From NCBI GenBank assembly GCA_964016885.1, contig CAXHJY010001743.1:86809-150808 (forward strand): a DNA stretch of 64,000 nt. Direction: 5' to 3'. Shown here one piece after another: positions 15,090 through 25,498 of this stretch. The notes beneath the pieces are model-generated. The model was given only the letters and a program-made list of their open reading frames with translations. It was not told the origin of the DNA and ran no database searches. The position numbers and the translations under genes are program-made. The stretch comes from Eledone cirrhosa (lineage: Eukaryota). Each line of letters opens with the position of its first letter. The stretch's first letter is position 1.

Positions 15090-17185
15090 ATGGCTACAAA
15101 AAAGAAATTTCATACGTCACTCCCACTCATTCCGTCTTCTTCTTCCTCAATCATCACTACAGCAGAGAGAAGATTGTCTCTCTCCCTCCCTTCTTTAAAT
15201 GTGTCTCTCTCCCTCCCTTCTCTTTCGCAAGTGACGAAAGAAAAGAAAAGTCTCGTGCAAAGCGTGCAAGGTTTCTCCACGACGACGACGACAGCGACGA
15301 AACAGGTGTGCGGGAAATACGAAAACCCAGTTCATTCGTCTGACGTCAGGAATAATAGCAGTAGCAGCCGTAATAACAACAGCAACAGTGACAATGAAAA
15401 CAACAGTAGCAGCCGCAACAGCATCACCAGCAGCATAAACAACAACAGCATTAGCAGCAGCAACACCAACAACAACCACAGCAACAGCGGCGGAGGCAGT
15501 AGTCGTAGTACCTGCAGCAACAACAAAAGTACCAGCAGCTCTGACGACAACAACAACAGCAGAGAAAAACCAATCTCATTTGCAGGTATTGCGAAAAACT
15601 TGGAAACAATCCTCATAACAAATGAGGAATTAGAGGAAGCGAAGAAGATGGTGACAAAGAACGGACACCGAGCAATCTGCAAGGCAGCGGAAAAATTTTT
15701 CGAAACCCAAGAGCACTGTACGGTCACGTACCGTACAGTAAGTACAAAATCCCGTAGGGTGGAAAGAGTCACAGAGGCCCAAATACAAAAAGCCTTGGGG
15801 TCTGTGTGGCAGCGGAAAACGCACATCACCCGAGGCAAAAAATATGCCACCGTAGACGTACTTTTTGCCACACCCCAGGAGGCAAAGGCCCAATCAGTAG
15901 TGACCCTAAGGAGCGAGGAAATGGTGTTGGTGCCCTCCTACTGCGGGCAAAAAATTGTGAGGGTCAAACTGACCCACGTCCCCCCCGGAATGACCCCTTC
16001 TTGGCTGGCCGCGTCTGTCCTCGTCGGAATCGAGGACAAAACAACTGTACTGCAAGTACAGAAAAAAGTAAGAGAAGATTGGGTCGGCACCTCCATTGAG
16101 ATGCTAATCCAAACCAACCAGGAGTGCATCGAAGCTATCCCGGATGTGATAGACTTCGATAACGGCACTCAACTGCCCATAAGTGTTGAGGGCAAACGCC
16201 CGAAATGCTTTCGCTGTGGATCGAAGACTCACCTCAGGGCCTTCTGCAACGAGAAGACCCTGAGAAAGGAGAAAACCCCCCTCCTTCCGAATCCGGCTCC
16301 ACGGCTACCAGCAACAGGACAAGCGGCAACCAGGAACGATAGGTCCGTGGCACCCATACCCACCCCACGGAAATCAAAAACAGCAGCAGCAGTGGAAATA
16401 TTAACAACAACAACAGCAATACCAAATGCAGCTGCAACAGAGACTCCAGTGCAAACATCACCAACAACAACAAGTGAAAGAGTGGAGCTGGTACCCCTCC
16501 CCGACCTCACAGAATCAGACATGGAGTGTGAGGTGGGAGAGGATGGCAAAAGGTCGCAAGAAGGCACAAACGCAGAAGCAGCGCATCGTCGCCTTTGAAA
16601 AGGGAGGAAAGAAATGAGAAAAGGGTAAAGTCTACTGCAAAGAGACCCACAGCAGCAACACCACCAACACCATCACCACCCACACCAGCACCACCATCAC
16701 CACCGGCGACAACCCCACCGCCAACAACACCTTCAACACCATCACCACAAGCACCAACATCGCAAACACATCAACAAAACACACACACCCAGCAACAACG
16801 ACAAGAAAATAGCAGAACCACACCTCACCCCCAGAAAAACAAATGCACGGCAATAAACACACACAACAAGAAACTAATGACTTACATAATTGAACACACA
16901 GACATTTCACAACAGGACTACATAATACCAGCACCAATCAAAACGCCAACTAACATAAGACTGCTAAAAATAGCACAGAAACAATACACAAACATTAAAA
17001 CGAAATTCCCCAACGCAGTTGGTGATTTCAGGGACCTAGGAGGAACCATCAATCGAAGAGTATATTCAGACATTCTCTTAGAAGAGCCGACGACCAGCCG
17101 AAGGGACGATTCAACGGTCCCTTCACCAGACGATCAAGTGAAAAGGGATGTAAAAACCATCCCTCCTCTACCAAAAGTACGGTAA
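15090..17185 (+). CDS. Tx1-like ORF1p (gag-like, zinc knuckle), interrupted by an apparent 1-nt deletion near 16540
   Basis: CFRCGSKTHLRAFC is a CX2CX4HX4C knuckle. The frame of the 16595-17185 ORF is open from 16532 (GWQKVARRHKRRSSASSP...) and joins MECEVGE if one G is restored, giving ~698 aa. Confidence 0.75.
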
Positions 17186-17220
17186 GTGGTCTTTCCCATC
17201 TTTTCCACTCTATTTTAAAC

Positions 17221-20200
17221 ATGACCTCACTCAGAATAGGCAGCATAAATGCGCGTGGCTTGGGGTCGTCATGGAAGCAGGGTCACCTGCTCAACGACCT
17301 CAGGTCACTAAACATAGATGTAGTGGCCATCAGCGAGACCAGAATCTCCGAAGCACGGGCCTTCGCACCGATCTTCGGCGGCTACGATGTGTACGCATCT
17401 CCCAGCCGTCCTGGATCGGGTGGAGGAGTTGCTGTGCTTTTTCGGAGAGGTTTGGATCTCGCCATACGGGCCATCTTCCTGGACCCAGAGGGTAAGCTGG
17501 TGGTGCTGGACGTGACCAGCGGAGACGGGCAAGCTTTCAGGCTAGTGGCCGTCTATGCCCCGACAGGAGCAGGGCGGCCTGATTTCTTCCGGCGTCTGGA
17601 GACCTTTCTTGGAACGTCCCGCTCTTTAGTGTTAGTGGGCGACTGGAACGGGATCTTAGATGCACGCTGGGACTGTGTGGGATTAGCGGATAGGGGTGGA
17701 GGGTGCAAGAGCCTCACCAACCTGCTCAGGCGTTTTGAACTGTCTGACAGGTACCGATTGGATTTCCCGAATGTGCCAATGTGGACTTGGACAAACCGCA
17801 TAGGGTCATCCAGATCATATCTAGATAGAGTATTTTGTAGGGAAATAGATAGGTCTAGCATAGGCTGTCCACAATTCAAGATAGTCAGCTACACGGACCA
17901 CAAATTCGTGACCTGTGTGCTTGACTTAGATAGGCTTCATAGACGAGGACCCGGCTACTGGAAGCTAAACGCGTCCTTACCAGCGCGCAAGGCCTACAGA
18001 GACCGGATTAGCGAACTAGTTAAGCGGGCGTTGACGGGGGCCATCGTCAACAACAAGTGGTGGTTTGCTCTGAAAAGAGCGATTAGAATAGAATCGATTA
18101 GGTTTAGTAAGGCTTTAGCAATAGAGAAAAATAGAGCAGAGGGAGAACTAGTTACAAAATTAGACGAGGCGCTTAGCAAAGGCATTGCGACCGACGTGCT
18201 TGCGGCGAAATTGGCCCTTGACCAATTCTTCAATGCAAAGCACGAAGGCTGCGTTGTCAGAGCTAGGGTGCGTGCTCTCAGACACGAGGGGACGAAAGCC
18301 GTTCAATGGGCCCGAGTGGCGGAGGCGCGTCGTGGCAACAAAGCCACGATCCGGTCTTTGGTGGACCACGACGGGCGCATGCTACTCGATCCCGGGCAAA
18401 TGTGTGAAGCTTTTCAGCGACACTTCGCTCAGCTGTTCGGGGGCAGCGGGGGGCCGGGTAGAGGGATGGACTTTAGTGTCTACCTCGACGGACTGCCGCG
18501 GCTCTCGGCCACTGAGGCGAAGTGTTGCGAAAAGCCGATAACAGCCGCTGAAGTACGGGAGGCAATGACTGGCTGCACAAGGGGTAAATCGCCTGGTTTG
18601 GATGGTCTGCCCTATGAACTTTACGTACAGATGCCAGACTTGTTCGGAGGCCTCTTGGCGGACGTCTACTGCAACTGGCAACAGAACGGGAGAATTCCCA
18701 GTTCTGTGAGCCGAGGAGCGGTGGCACTGCTGAGAAAGGATCCGAACAAGGGGGATAACATAGAAAATTTCCGGCCCATAACTCTGCTAAACACAGAGTT
18801 TAAGATTTTGGCCAAGGTGCTAGCAAAGAGGTTGGCGCTTGTCGTTGGTGGTCTGGTGGGAGAGGCGCAGACATGCGCCATTCCCGACAGATCCATCCAC
18901 GACAACCTCCACCTCATGCGATACATCGTAGAGAGGGTAGCTAGGGAACCTGGCACGGGTGGGTCCTTGATCAATTTAGATCAGTCGAAAGCTTTCGATA
19001 GGGTCGACCATCGTTACCTAGCGGCAGTCCTGAGGGCGGCTGGCTTTGGGCCCGTCTTCAGAGGCTGGATCGCTGCCATGCACAGCGACATCTGCTCTGT
19101 GGTGAGAGTGAACGGTCACCTGTCGGAACCGTTCAACATCATGCGCTCGGTCCGCCAAGGATGTCCCCTCTCGTCCCTCTTGTACGTATTGACTCTCGAG
19201 CCATTACTGCACAAACTGGAGACGTTGAGGGGAGTCCCGCGCGAACTAGGATGCGGAAGATCCGTGTCAGCATATGCGGACGATGTCACCGTAGTGGTGT
19301 CGAACGCCAAACACATCGAGGCGATCGGCACTACACTAAGAGAATACGAAGCGGTGACAGGAGCAATGATCAACCAGGAAAAGTCAGTGGGCCTGCAGCT
19401 CGGCACCTGGAGAGGCAGGTCCATGCCGTCCAACAGCGTCGTCGGGCGCTGGACGGACGGACCGGTTAAATTGCTAGGGGTCTGGTTCGGTCCGGACCTC
19501 CAGACGGACAAAAACTGGGACGAGGTGACGAGCAGGGTGGCTTCTCTCACCCAGAAATGGGCGGAGAGGAAGCTATCCCTGAAAGGTCGAGCGGAGGTGG
19601 CTAACGCGTACATCGCGTCTGTCATCTGCTACCGCCTAACCGTCGTACCTTGTCCTAAGCCTCGCCTGACTGCGCTGGAGCGTTTGCTCTTTCGCTTTTT
19701 GTGGAAGGGACGTGCTCCGATGGTCAGGCGGTCCATCTGTTGTCAACACCCGCTACGTGGAGGGCTGGGCATGCCGTGGCTGATGATGCGCAGGCACGCG
19801 CTCAGGCTACGACATCTCCACCTCTTCCTCGACCGTGATCAGGTGTGGTCGCCGTTTGCTAGACGCGTTTTTCCCCAGCTCGTTTCCTTGACGGAGCTGC
19901 AGTCCTGGGTCAAGCGAAGACCGAGAGGGAGCGCCTGGAGACTGGAATGTCTTCAGGCGCTCACAGCCCTCGACCAATCGGGCAATGTGATCGGTGGAAA
20001 CTCCACCTCGGCGTTCTATAGAGGATTAGTGGAGGGGAAGAGCGACGACGTACTTGGGGAAACTCTAGGCGTCGACGAAAATCAACTAGCCAATCTCTTC
20101 GGAAGAACTTTCGGGCCAGGGCCTATGGACAACTTCCAGAAATCTCTGGCCTGGCAGTGCTACCGAGGAGCCTTGCCAGTTCGGGATAAACTCTACAGGC

Positions 20201-20640
20201 ATGGAGGTGCCGTCAGCCGGGCATGTCCGAGATGCGCGCAGGGCGACGAAACCGTCCTGCACGCACTCGTCGAGTGTCCGAAAATTGCTGACTTGTGGGT
20301 TTATGTCGAACACCTGCTGTCGCGTTTAGGACGGATCCAGCTATCATCTGAGTCTATCGTGAGGATTGCCCCGCCCTCCTCCTTTAGCCGGGAAGGGCAG
20401 GCAGTTTTTATCTGTCTGGTGGCCATGGCGAAAGAGATAGTATGGTGGACACGTTTGAAAGGGCTGAAGACGAGCACTTACCTCTTCGGTGATGCTCTGA
20501 TTGACTTTTTCAAATTTCATTTGAAAAGGAAAATCAGAGTAGAGAAGGAAGTGCTCTCTTCCCAGCAGTTTGTTGAAAGATGGGTGAGAGAAGCAAGAAT
20601 GGCCCGAGTGAATGGGCCGATTCTGAGTATATATCTGTAA
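17221..20640 (+). CDS. Tx1-like ORF2p: apurinic-type endonuclease + reverse transcriptase + C-terminal CCHC (1139 aa, intact)
   Basis: APE motifs GSINARGL, ISET, VYAP, GDWN, YLDR, TDH and GYWKLN. RT motifs KSPGLDGLPYE, FRPITLLNTEFKILAKVLA, LDQSKAFDRVDH, VRQGCPLS and YADD. Also GGLG and CPRC...ETVLHALVEC. Confidence 0.96.
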   Translation: MTSLRIGSINARGLGSSWKQGHLLNDLRSLNIDVVAISETRISEARAFAPIFGGYDVYASPSRPGSGGGVAVLFRRGLDLAIRAIFLDPEGKLVVLDVTSGDGQAFRLVAVYAPTGAGRPDFFRRLETFLGTSRSLVLVGDWNGILDARWDCVGLADRGGGCKSLTNLLRRFELSDRYRLDFPNVPMWTWTNRIGSSRSYLDRVFCREIDRSSIGCPQFKIVSYTDHKFVTCVLDLDRLHRRGPGYWKLNASLPARKAYRDRISELVKRALTGAIVNNKWWFALKRAIRIESIRFSKALAIEKNRAEGELVTKLDEALSKGIATDVLAAKLALDQFFNAKHEGCVVRARVRALRHEGTKAVQWARVAEARRGNKATIRSLVDHDGRMLLDPGQMCEAFQRHFAQLFGGSGGPGRGMDFSVYLDGLPRLSATEAKCCEKPITAAEVREAMTGCTRGKSPGLDGLPYELYVQMPDLFGGLLADVYCNWQQNGRIPSSVSRGAVALLRKDPNKGDNIENFRPITLLNTEFKILAKVLAKRLALVVGGLVGEAQTCAIPDRSIHDNLHLMRYIVERVAREPGTGGSLINLDQSKAFDRVDHRYLAAVLRAAGFGPVFRGWIAAMHSDICSVVRVNGHLSEPFNIMRSVRQGCPLSSLLYVLTLEPLLHKLETLRGVPRELGCGRSVSAYADDVTVVVSNAKHIEAIGTTLREYEAVTGAMINQEKSVGLQLGTWRGRSMPSNSVVGRWTDGPVKLLGVWFGPDLQTDKNWDEVTSRVASLTQKWAERKLSLKGRAEVANAYIASVICYRLTVVPCPKPRLTALERLLFRFLWKGRAPMVRRSICCQHPLRGGLGMPWLMMRRHALRLRHLHLFLDRDQVWSPFARRVFPQLVSLTELQSWVKRRPRGSAWRLECLQALTALDQSGNVIGGNSTSAFYRGLVEGKSDDVLGETLGVDENQLANLFGRTFGPGPMDNFQKSLAWQCYRGALPVRDKLYRHGGAVSRACPRCAQGDETVLHALVECPKIADLWVYVEHLLSRLGRIQLSSESIVRIAPPSSFSREGQAVFICLVAMAKEIVWWTRLKGLKTSTYLFGDALIDFFKFHLKRKIRVEKEVLSSQQFVERWVREARMARVNGPILSIYL

Positions 20641-20923
20641 ACTAAAGGTGGAAAACTGGGAGAGGGCACTTGCCTTGGTGGTCAGGGTCATTGTGGCTTT
20701 TTACTGGGCTTTCTCCACAAATGTCCCTCCGAAGTCTCCCCCCTATTGGGGAATTTTTCATTGTTATTTTCATTGTTATTTTTGTTACATCCTCTGTTTT
20801 TTTTTTTTTTTACACGCAGAAATGCCCATTTGTACCGTCCTGCATTGTCCTGCACTGTCCTTAATGTCTACTTTATGTAAACCCTTGTGGTTAATAAAGA
20901 AATCATTATTATTATTATTATTA

Positions 20924-23900
20924 TTGTTATTGTTATTCCTTGAATCTCAGTCATTGATGTTGGTTAACTGGAAAGTCCGTTGGATTGAATATCAAGCCAC
21001 TACCTGCAGCCTCAGATATTCAGGACGTATCGGAGGGTTCTTGCCGTTCCAAGCAAGCATGCCTTTTGAAGCGTTCCAAAAAGCGTGAAGGGGCCGATTT
21101 TCTTTAACCATCCCTGGAAACCTTTGGAGATAGTCCCCAGTGCGCCTATGACAATCGGGATCACTTTGACTTCATGGCAGTTCCAAATCCTTTTCACCTC
21201 CCACTTTAGGTCCTGGTATCGGTTAATTTTCTCCCTCTCCTTCTCTTGCACTCTCGTGTCGAACGGGCAGGCCACATCCACAATCAGGCACGATCTTTTT
21301 TCTTTGTCCACAACCACCAGGTCAGGTCTATTGTGTTCCAGTTTTTTGTCCGTCTGTATCCTAAAATCCCACAGCACCTTCACCTGACTGTTCTCCATCA
21401 CCGCCTCTGGCCTATGCTCATACCATTTCTCAGAATGTGGTAGATTGTTTACTTTGCACAGGTGCCAGTGGATCACCCTGCCCATCACATCGTGTCTCCA
21501 GCCCTTATAGTGGGTCTGGGCTAGGTGTTTACACTCGGACACAATGTGAGCCACAGTCTCCTCTCTCTCTCCACAGATCCTGCACAGTGGGCTAGCCTCC
21601 TCCTTGTAGATATGGTGCTTCAACCACTTCGTTTTGAGGGCCTGCTCCTGCGCAGCCATTAGCATTCCTTCTGTAGCCTTTTTGAGGTCTCCTCTTCTCA
21701 ACCAGTTCCATGTCTGTGGATCTCTAAATTCAGTTTTCTCAAAGAAGGTACTATGAAGGGATTTTCCCTTAAGGCTGCTCTTCCTCCTTGATGTTATTTC
21801 CTCCTTGGGTATCCCCTGGCCTACTCTCCCCTCCTTCAGTACAGCTCTGAGCATTGGCTCCTTACTATAGGTCACGTATTTGTATAGGTTGTTTTTCTCC
21901 ATCTGAACACAGTCCTCTATGCTGATAAGACCTCTTCCACCCTCAGATCTCCTTAGGTAGAGTCTATCGACATCACTCCTCTTGTGGAACATGTTGTAGA
22001 TAGTCAATAGCTTCCTAGTCTTGCTATCCATTTCTTTTTGTTCAGCAACATTCCATCTCAGAATTCCCGCACTGTACCTAATAATAGACACAGCTCGGGA
22101 ATTTACTGCGCTTATGGCATTTCTGCTGTTCAGATGTGACTTCAATACGCTCCTTACTCTCCGAATGTATTCAGTTCTTAACAATTCCTTCATTTTTTTG
22201 TTCTTTATGCCATCAGCCTCCAGAACGCCCAAATACTTGTATCCTTCCTCAGAGTCAATTTCCTTTATCATCTCACCTGTTGGTATCTGGATCCCGTTAC
22301 TTCTGCTCAACCTACCCCTCCTCATCACAATGACTCCACATTTACCAATACCAAACTGCATACATATATCACTGCTGAAAATACGGACAGTGTCAACAAG
22401 CACATCCAACTCCTTCTCACTTTTCCCGAAGAGCTTAAGATCGTCCATGAAGAGGAGGTGATTGATGGTAAGCTCTCCCCTTCCCAACTTGTATCCTGCT
22501 CTCACTTTTCGCAGCACAATGGTCAAGGGCATCAGGGCAAGGACAAACAACAGAGGGGACAGGCTATCTCCCTGGAAGATACCTCTCTTGATCTTCACGC
22601 TTCCCAAGGATACTCCAGTTGATGTCAACTCTGTCTCCCAGGACCCCATACTCCTGCCCAGCAACTCTCTGATGTTATCTGCCACCCTGAAGATCTCCAG
22701 GCTTTTGGTGATCCAGGAATGAGGCACCATGTCAAATGCCTTTCTGTAGTCTATCCATCCCATGGCAAGATCAGTGTGTCTCCTCCTGCAATTCCCCATT
22801 ACCATCTTATCAATAAGCAACTGGTCCTTTGTACCACGTGACTTCTTTCGGCATCCTTTCTGTTCGTCCGGCAACAAGTTGTTTGTGTGGAGGTGATGGT
22901 AGATTTCCTCAGACACAATGCTCGTCAACAGTTTCCACATTACGGGCAGACATGTGATAGGTCTATAGTTGGTAACATCATTACCCTTGATTCGGTCTTT
23001 CATTATCAGAACTGTGGTACCTTTTGTCAACCACTCTGGCACCTCACCCGACACCAAGCAGTCATTGAACATGGCCGTCAGCTTCGGGTGGAGGGATGTT
23101 AAATGTTTAATCCAATACCCCTGCACACCATCTGGGCCTGGTGATTTCCAGTTGGTTAGTTTTTTGGCTTGCCCCTTAAGAGTTTCAACTGTGATACTCA
23201 AATCAGTCTGTTGCTGTGCCTGCTCACCGATCTCCCTCTGTACTGTCTCAATCCACCCTGCCTGGGCATTGTGTCTAACATCCTGCTCCCATATTCCTCT
23301 CCAGAATGTTTTAGCTTGTTCCGCCCCAGGGATCAAGTCGGTGCCTCTTTCTTTCCCCTCAAGCTGTCCAAACAGCATCTTCTGGTTGTTGTCGAACATG
23401 CGGTTCTGTTTATACTGACTGACTCTGTTCTCGTATCGCCTGATTTTGGCACTCTTTGCTACAATGCGTTGCTTCAATTCCTCTATGATAATATTTAGCT
23501 TTTTACTCCTAGTTTTGTATTTTATTTCCAGTCTATTTTTAGTGCCTATGTTTTTTAGTGTCCCATTCAGTAGTGACTCAAGCTTTCCTATGTCATTTCT
23601 CATTTCCCCGATTTGCCCACTCAGTCGCTTCTTCCACCACGGCTCTGCTCTTTCTTGTCTGTTGTTTCCTCTCGCTTTTATACCAAGTAGTTTCCTCACC
23701 GTATTTGCTGTTGCTTTGAGGATATTGTTGCACTGGTGAAGACTCCTCGCCTCAAGGTATGGGATGACTTTGTTTACCTTAGCTGTTGTTTCTTTTAACT
23801 TTTTCCTGTCTACAAATCTTAGGTTCATAGGTCTCCCACTATCATTGTTCAACTCATCTACCACTAAATTTAGGATGTCAACCGAATCTTGTCCTAGCCC

Positions 23901-25448
23901 GTCAGCATTCATCTCCTCAGTGGCCGTATCTCTGTTCCAGGTATTATTTATCTCAGTATTCAGATCATTGTCTGCTTCGGGTGGTTCCTCCGCTCTCAGG
24001 ACCTCCTCACCTTCATTTCCCGCCGGCTCGCTTGTCTGGCATACTACACCCGCCATCTCCAAGCCATTCTCTCTGCTCAGTTCCTCCAGTTCCAGCTCGC
24101 TTATCCACCCATTAGTTCTTATTACCCGAGCCTGCCCGGCCAATTTTTGTTCATCTAATTTAAATAAACCAATCTCGTTCCAGATGTTATGCATCCGTCT
24201 CCTGTAGCCCCTCTCCTTGGGGTTACTTTTCAGGTAGCATTGCATAACAGTTCTATTCAATTCTTTCGTCCAGTTGGTTCTGGCCCCTTTCCTTCTTCTT
24301 CTTCCTCCAACATCAGCAGTATTTCGTTGACAGTCAGGTTCCTGCTGCTGAGCCAGGGGGCACCTGTTGGGTGAGAGTCTGTCACATGACGTTCTAGTCT
24401 CCATTTCACCGTTATTCGAACTGTTTATGTTCGATATTTAAACACTCTTATCGAGGATTGGCGAATGTATGTTTACATAGCCATCTGTGGATCCGCCATC
24501 CCACTTGGCCCTTGTGTGGCATTATCACCACGCTGTATACGGACACACATAAACAAACAAACACACGGGCAGAAAGGGCCCCAAAAATGAATAAGCATAA
24601 GTTTCATTGTAATGTAGTATTCGAATGTCTGACTTAGTTTTTGTTTTTTAAGTTTTACTTTTTCCCCCCTCTTCTCTGTCCGTCCGCCTGCCTCTCTCTT
24701 CATTCTTATTTTCTTTACGTTTTGGGGTTTTCTTTTTTTGTTTTTGTTTTTCTCTGTTTTTCTCGTTTTTTACTGTTGTTGCTGTGCTGCTTTTGTTGTT
24801 TATTTTTTCTTTTTTCTTTTGAGTCTATCTATATATTTTGATGCCTTCCTCTTTTTTAGCAGTAGGGATTCTATAATGTGGTGGCAGCAGCCAGCTAAAA
24901 GAAGAAGTGGGAGACTGGCGGTGGTAGCGATACTGAGACAGTGGTGGTGGTGATGTCGATACCGAGACAGTGGTGGCGGTGATGTGACCGTATTACTGTA
25001 GCGATGGTGCTGTAGCGGTGGCAGCAGTGAAGGAGTGAAGGGGTGGTGGCGGCGGTGATGGGATAATGGTTGTAATGATGGCCGTAGTGATCGGTGGTGG
25101 TTTAGTGTACACAGGTGATAGGGTGGGTGGTGTATCTAGTTTCTGGTGTTGGTGAGTTTGGCTGTTCTATATAGTGTATACAGAGGAGGAGGGGGGGGGG
25201 GGGGTTCTTCTTCCATTTATAGCCATTTTCTTTTTTGGATATACAGTGTACAATACAAAGTTGAATATTTGAATATTTGAGCCTTATAACAATATATTTT
25301 GGGTCCGAATTTTTTGGGGCTCAAGCCGGGTGCTTTACGTAGCATTTGTACTAAGAGTTGTTATTTCACAAATGGTTTAAATATGTTAAAAATTCAAAAC
25401 TTACGGGAGCGATTTCATGACCTCCGTCACCTCGTGCGTCTTCTTCCC

Positions 25449-25449
<1 letters not shown>
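20924..25449 (-). mobile_element. Full-length Dong/R4-clade non-LTR retrotransposon (copy 2), ~4.5 kb, with ~1 kb putative 5'UTR
   Basis: A single RT+REL ORF and a short 3'UTR running into (TAA)n. The upstream sequence ends exactly at the next (TTA)n tract, so the 5' boundary is inferred. Confidence 0.88.
21012..24404 (-). CDS. R4/Dong-type single ORF: N-terminal Myb-like region, reverse transcriptase, CCHC finger, restriction-like PD-(D/E)xK endonuclease (1130 aa, intact)
   Basis: N-terminus WTKELN...GYRRRM...EQKLAGQAR. RT motifs KSPGPDG, YRPITCL, WIDYRKAFD, GIFQGDSLSP and HLLFMDD. Also CRICGEREETVAHIVSEC, RHD, RPDLVV, DVACP, EKINRY and PIVIGALG. Confidence 0.96.
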   Translation of the reverse strand: METRTSCDRLSPNRCPLAQQQEPDCQRNTADVGGRRRRKGARTNWTKELNRTVMQCYLKSNPKERGYRRRMHNIWNEIGLFKLDEQKLAGQARVIRTNGWISELELEELSRENGLEMAGVVCQTSEPAGNEGEEVLRAEEPPEADNDLNTEINNTWNRDTATEEMNADGLGQDSVDILNLVVDELNNDSGRPMNLRFVDRKKLKETTAKVNKVIPYLEARSLHQCNNILKATANTVRKLLGIKARGNNRQERAEPWWKKRLSGQIGEMRNDIGKLESLLNGTLKNIGTKNRLEIKYKTRSKKLNIIIEELKQRIVAKSAKIRRYENRVSQYKQNRMFDNNQKMLFGQLEGKERGTDLIPGAEQAKTFWRGIWEQDVRHNAQAGWIETVQREIGEQAQQQTDLSITVETLKGQAKKLTNWKSPGPDGVQGYWIKHLTSLHPKLTAMFNDCLVSGEVPEWLTKGTTVLIMKDRIKGNDVTNYRPITCLPVMWKLLTSIVSEEIYHHLHTNNLLPDEQKGCRKKSRGTKDQLLIDKMVMGNCRRRHTDLAMGWIDYRKAFDMVPHSWITKSLEIFRVADNIRELLGRSMGSWETELTSTGVSLGSVKIKRGIFQGDSLSPLLFVLALMPLTIVLRKVRAGYKLGRGELTINHLLFMDDLKLFGKSEKELDVLVDTVRIFSSDICMQFGIGKCGVIVMRRGRLSRSNGIQIPTGEMIKEIDSEEGYKYLGVLEADGIKNKKMKELLRTEYIRRVRSVLKSHLNSRNAISAVNSRAVSIIRYSAGILRWNVAEQKEMDSKTRKLLTIYNMFHKRSDVDRLYLRRSEGGRGLISIEDCVQMEKNNLYKYVTYSKEPMLRAVLKEGRVGQGIPKEEITSRRKSSLKGKSLHSTFFEKTEFRDPQTWNWLRRGDLKKATEGMLMAAQEQALKTKWLKHHIYKEEASPLCRICGEREETVAHIVSECKHLAQTHYKGWRHDVMGRVIHWHLCKVNNLPHSEKWYEHRPEAVMENSQVKVLWDFRIQTDKKLEHNRPDLVVVDKEKRSCLIVDVACPFDTRVQEKEREKINRYQDLKWEVKRIWNCHEVKVIPIVIGALGTISKGFQGWLKKIGPFTLFGTLQKACLLGTARTLRYVLNI

Positions 25450-25496
<47 letters not shown>

Positions 25497-25498
<2 letters not shown>

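Larger units (their letters stand above)
14875..20904 (+). mobile_element. Full-length Tx1-like (L1 clade) non-LTR retrotransposon, ~6.0 kb
   Basis: Starts right after (TTA)n. Contains a 5'UTR, ORF1 with CCHC knuckle, ORF2 with APE-RT-CCHC, a 3'UTR with AATAAA (20893), then (TTA)n. Confidence 0.92.

Noticed and set aside
17271-23739. Short antisense and alternate-frame ORFs overlapping the two LINE ORFs
   Set aside because: Shadow ORFs of GC-richer coding sequence with no motifs.
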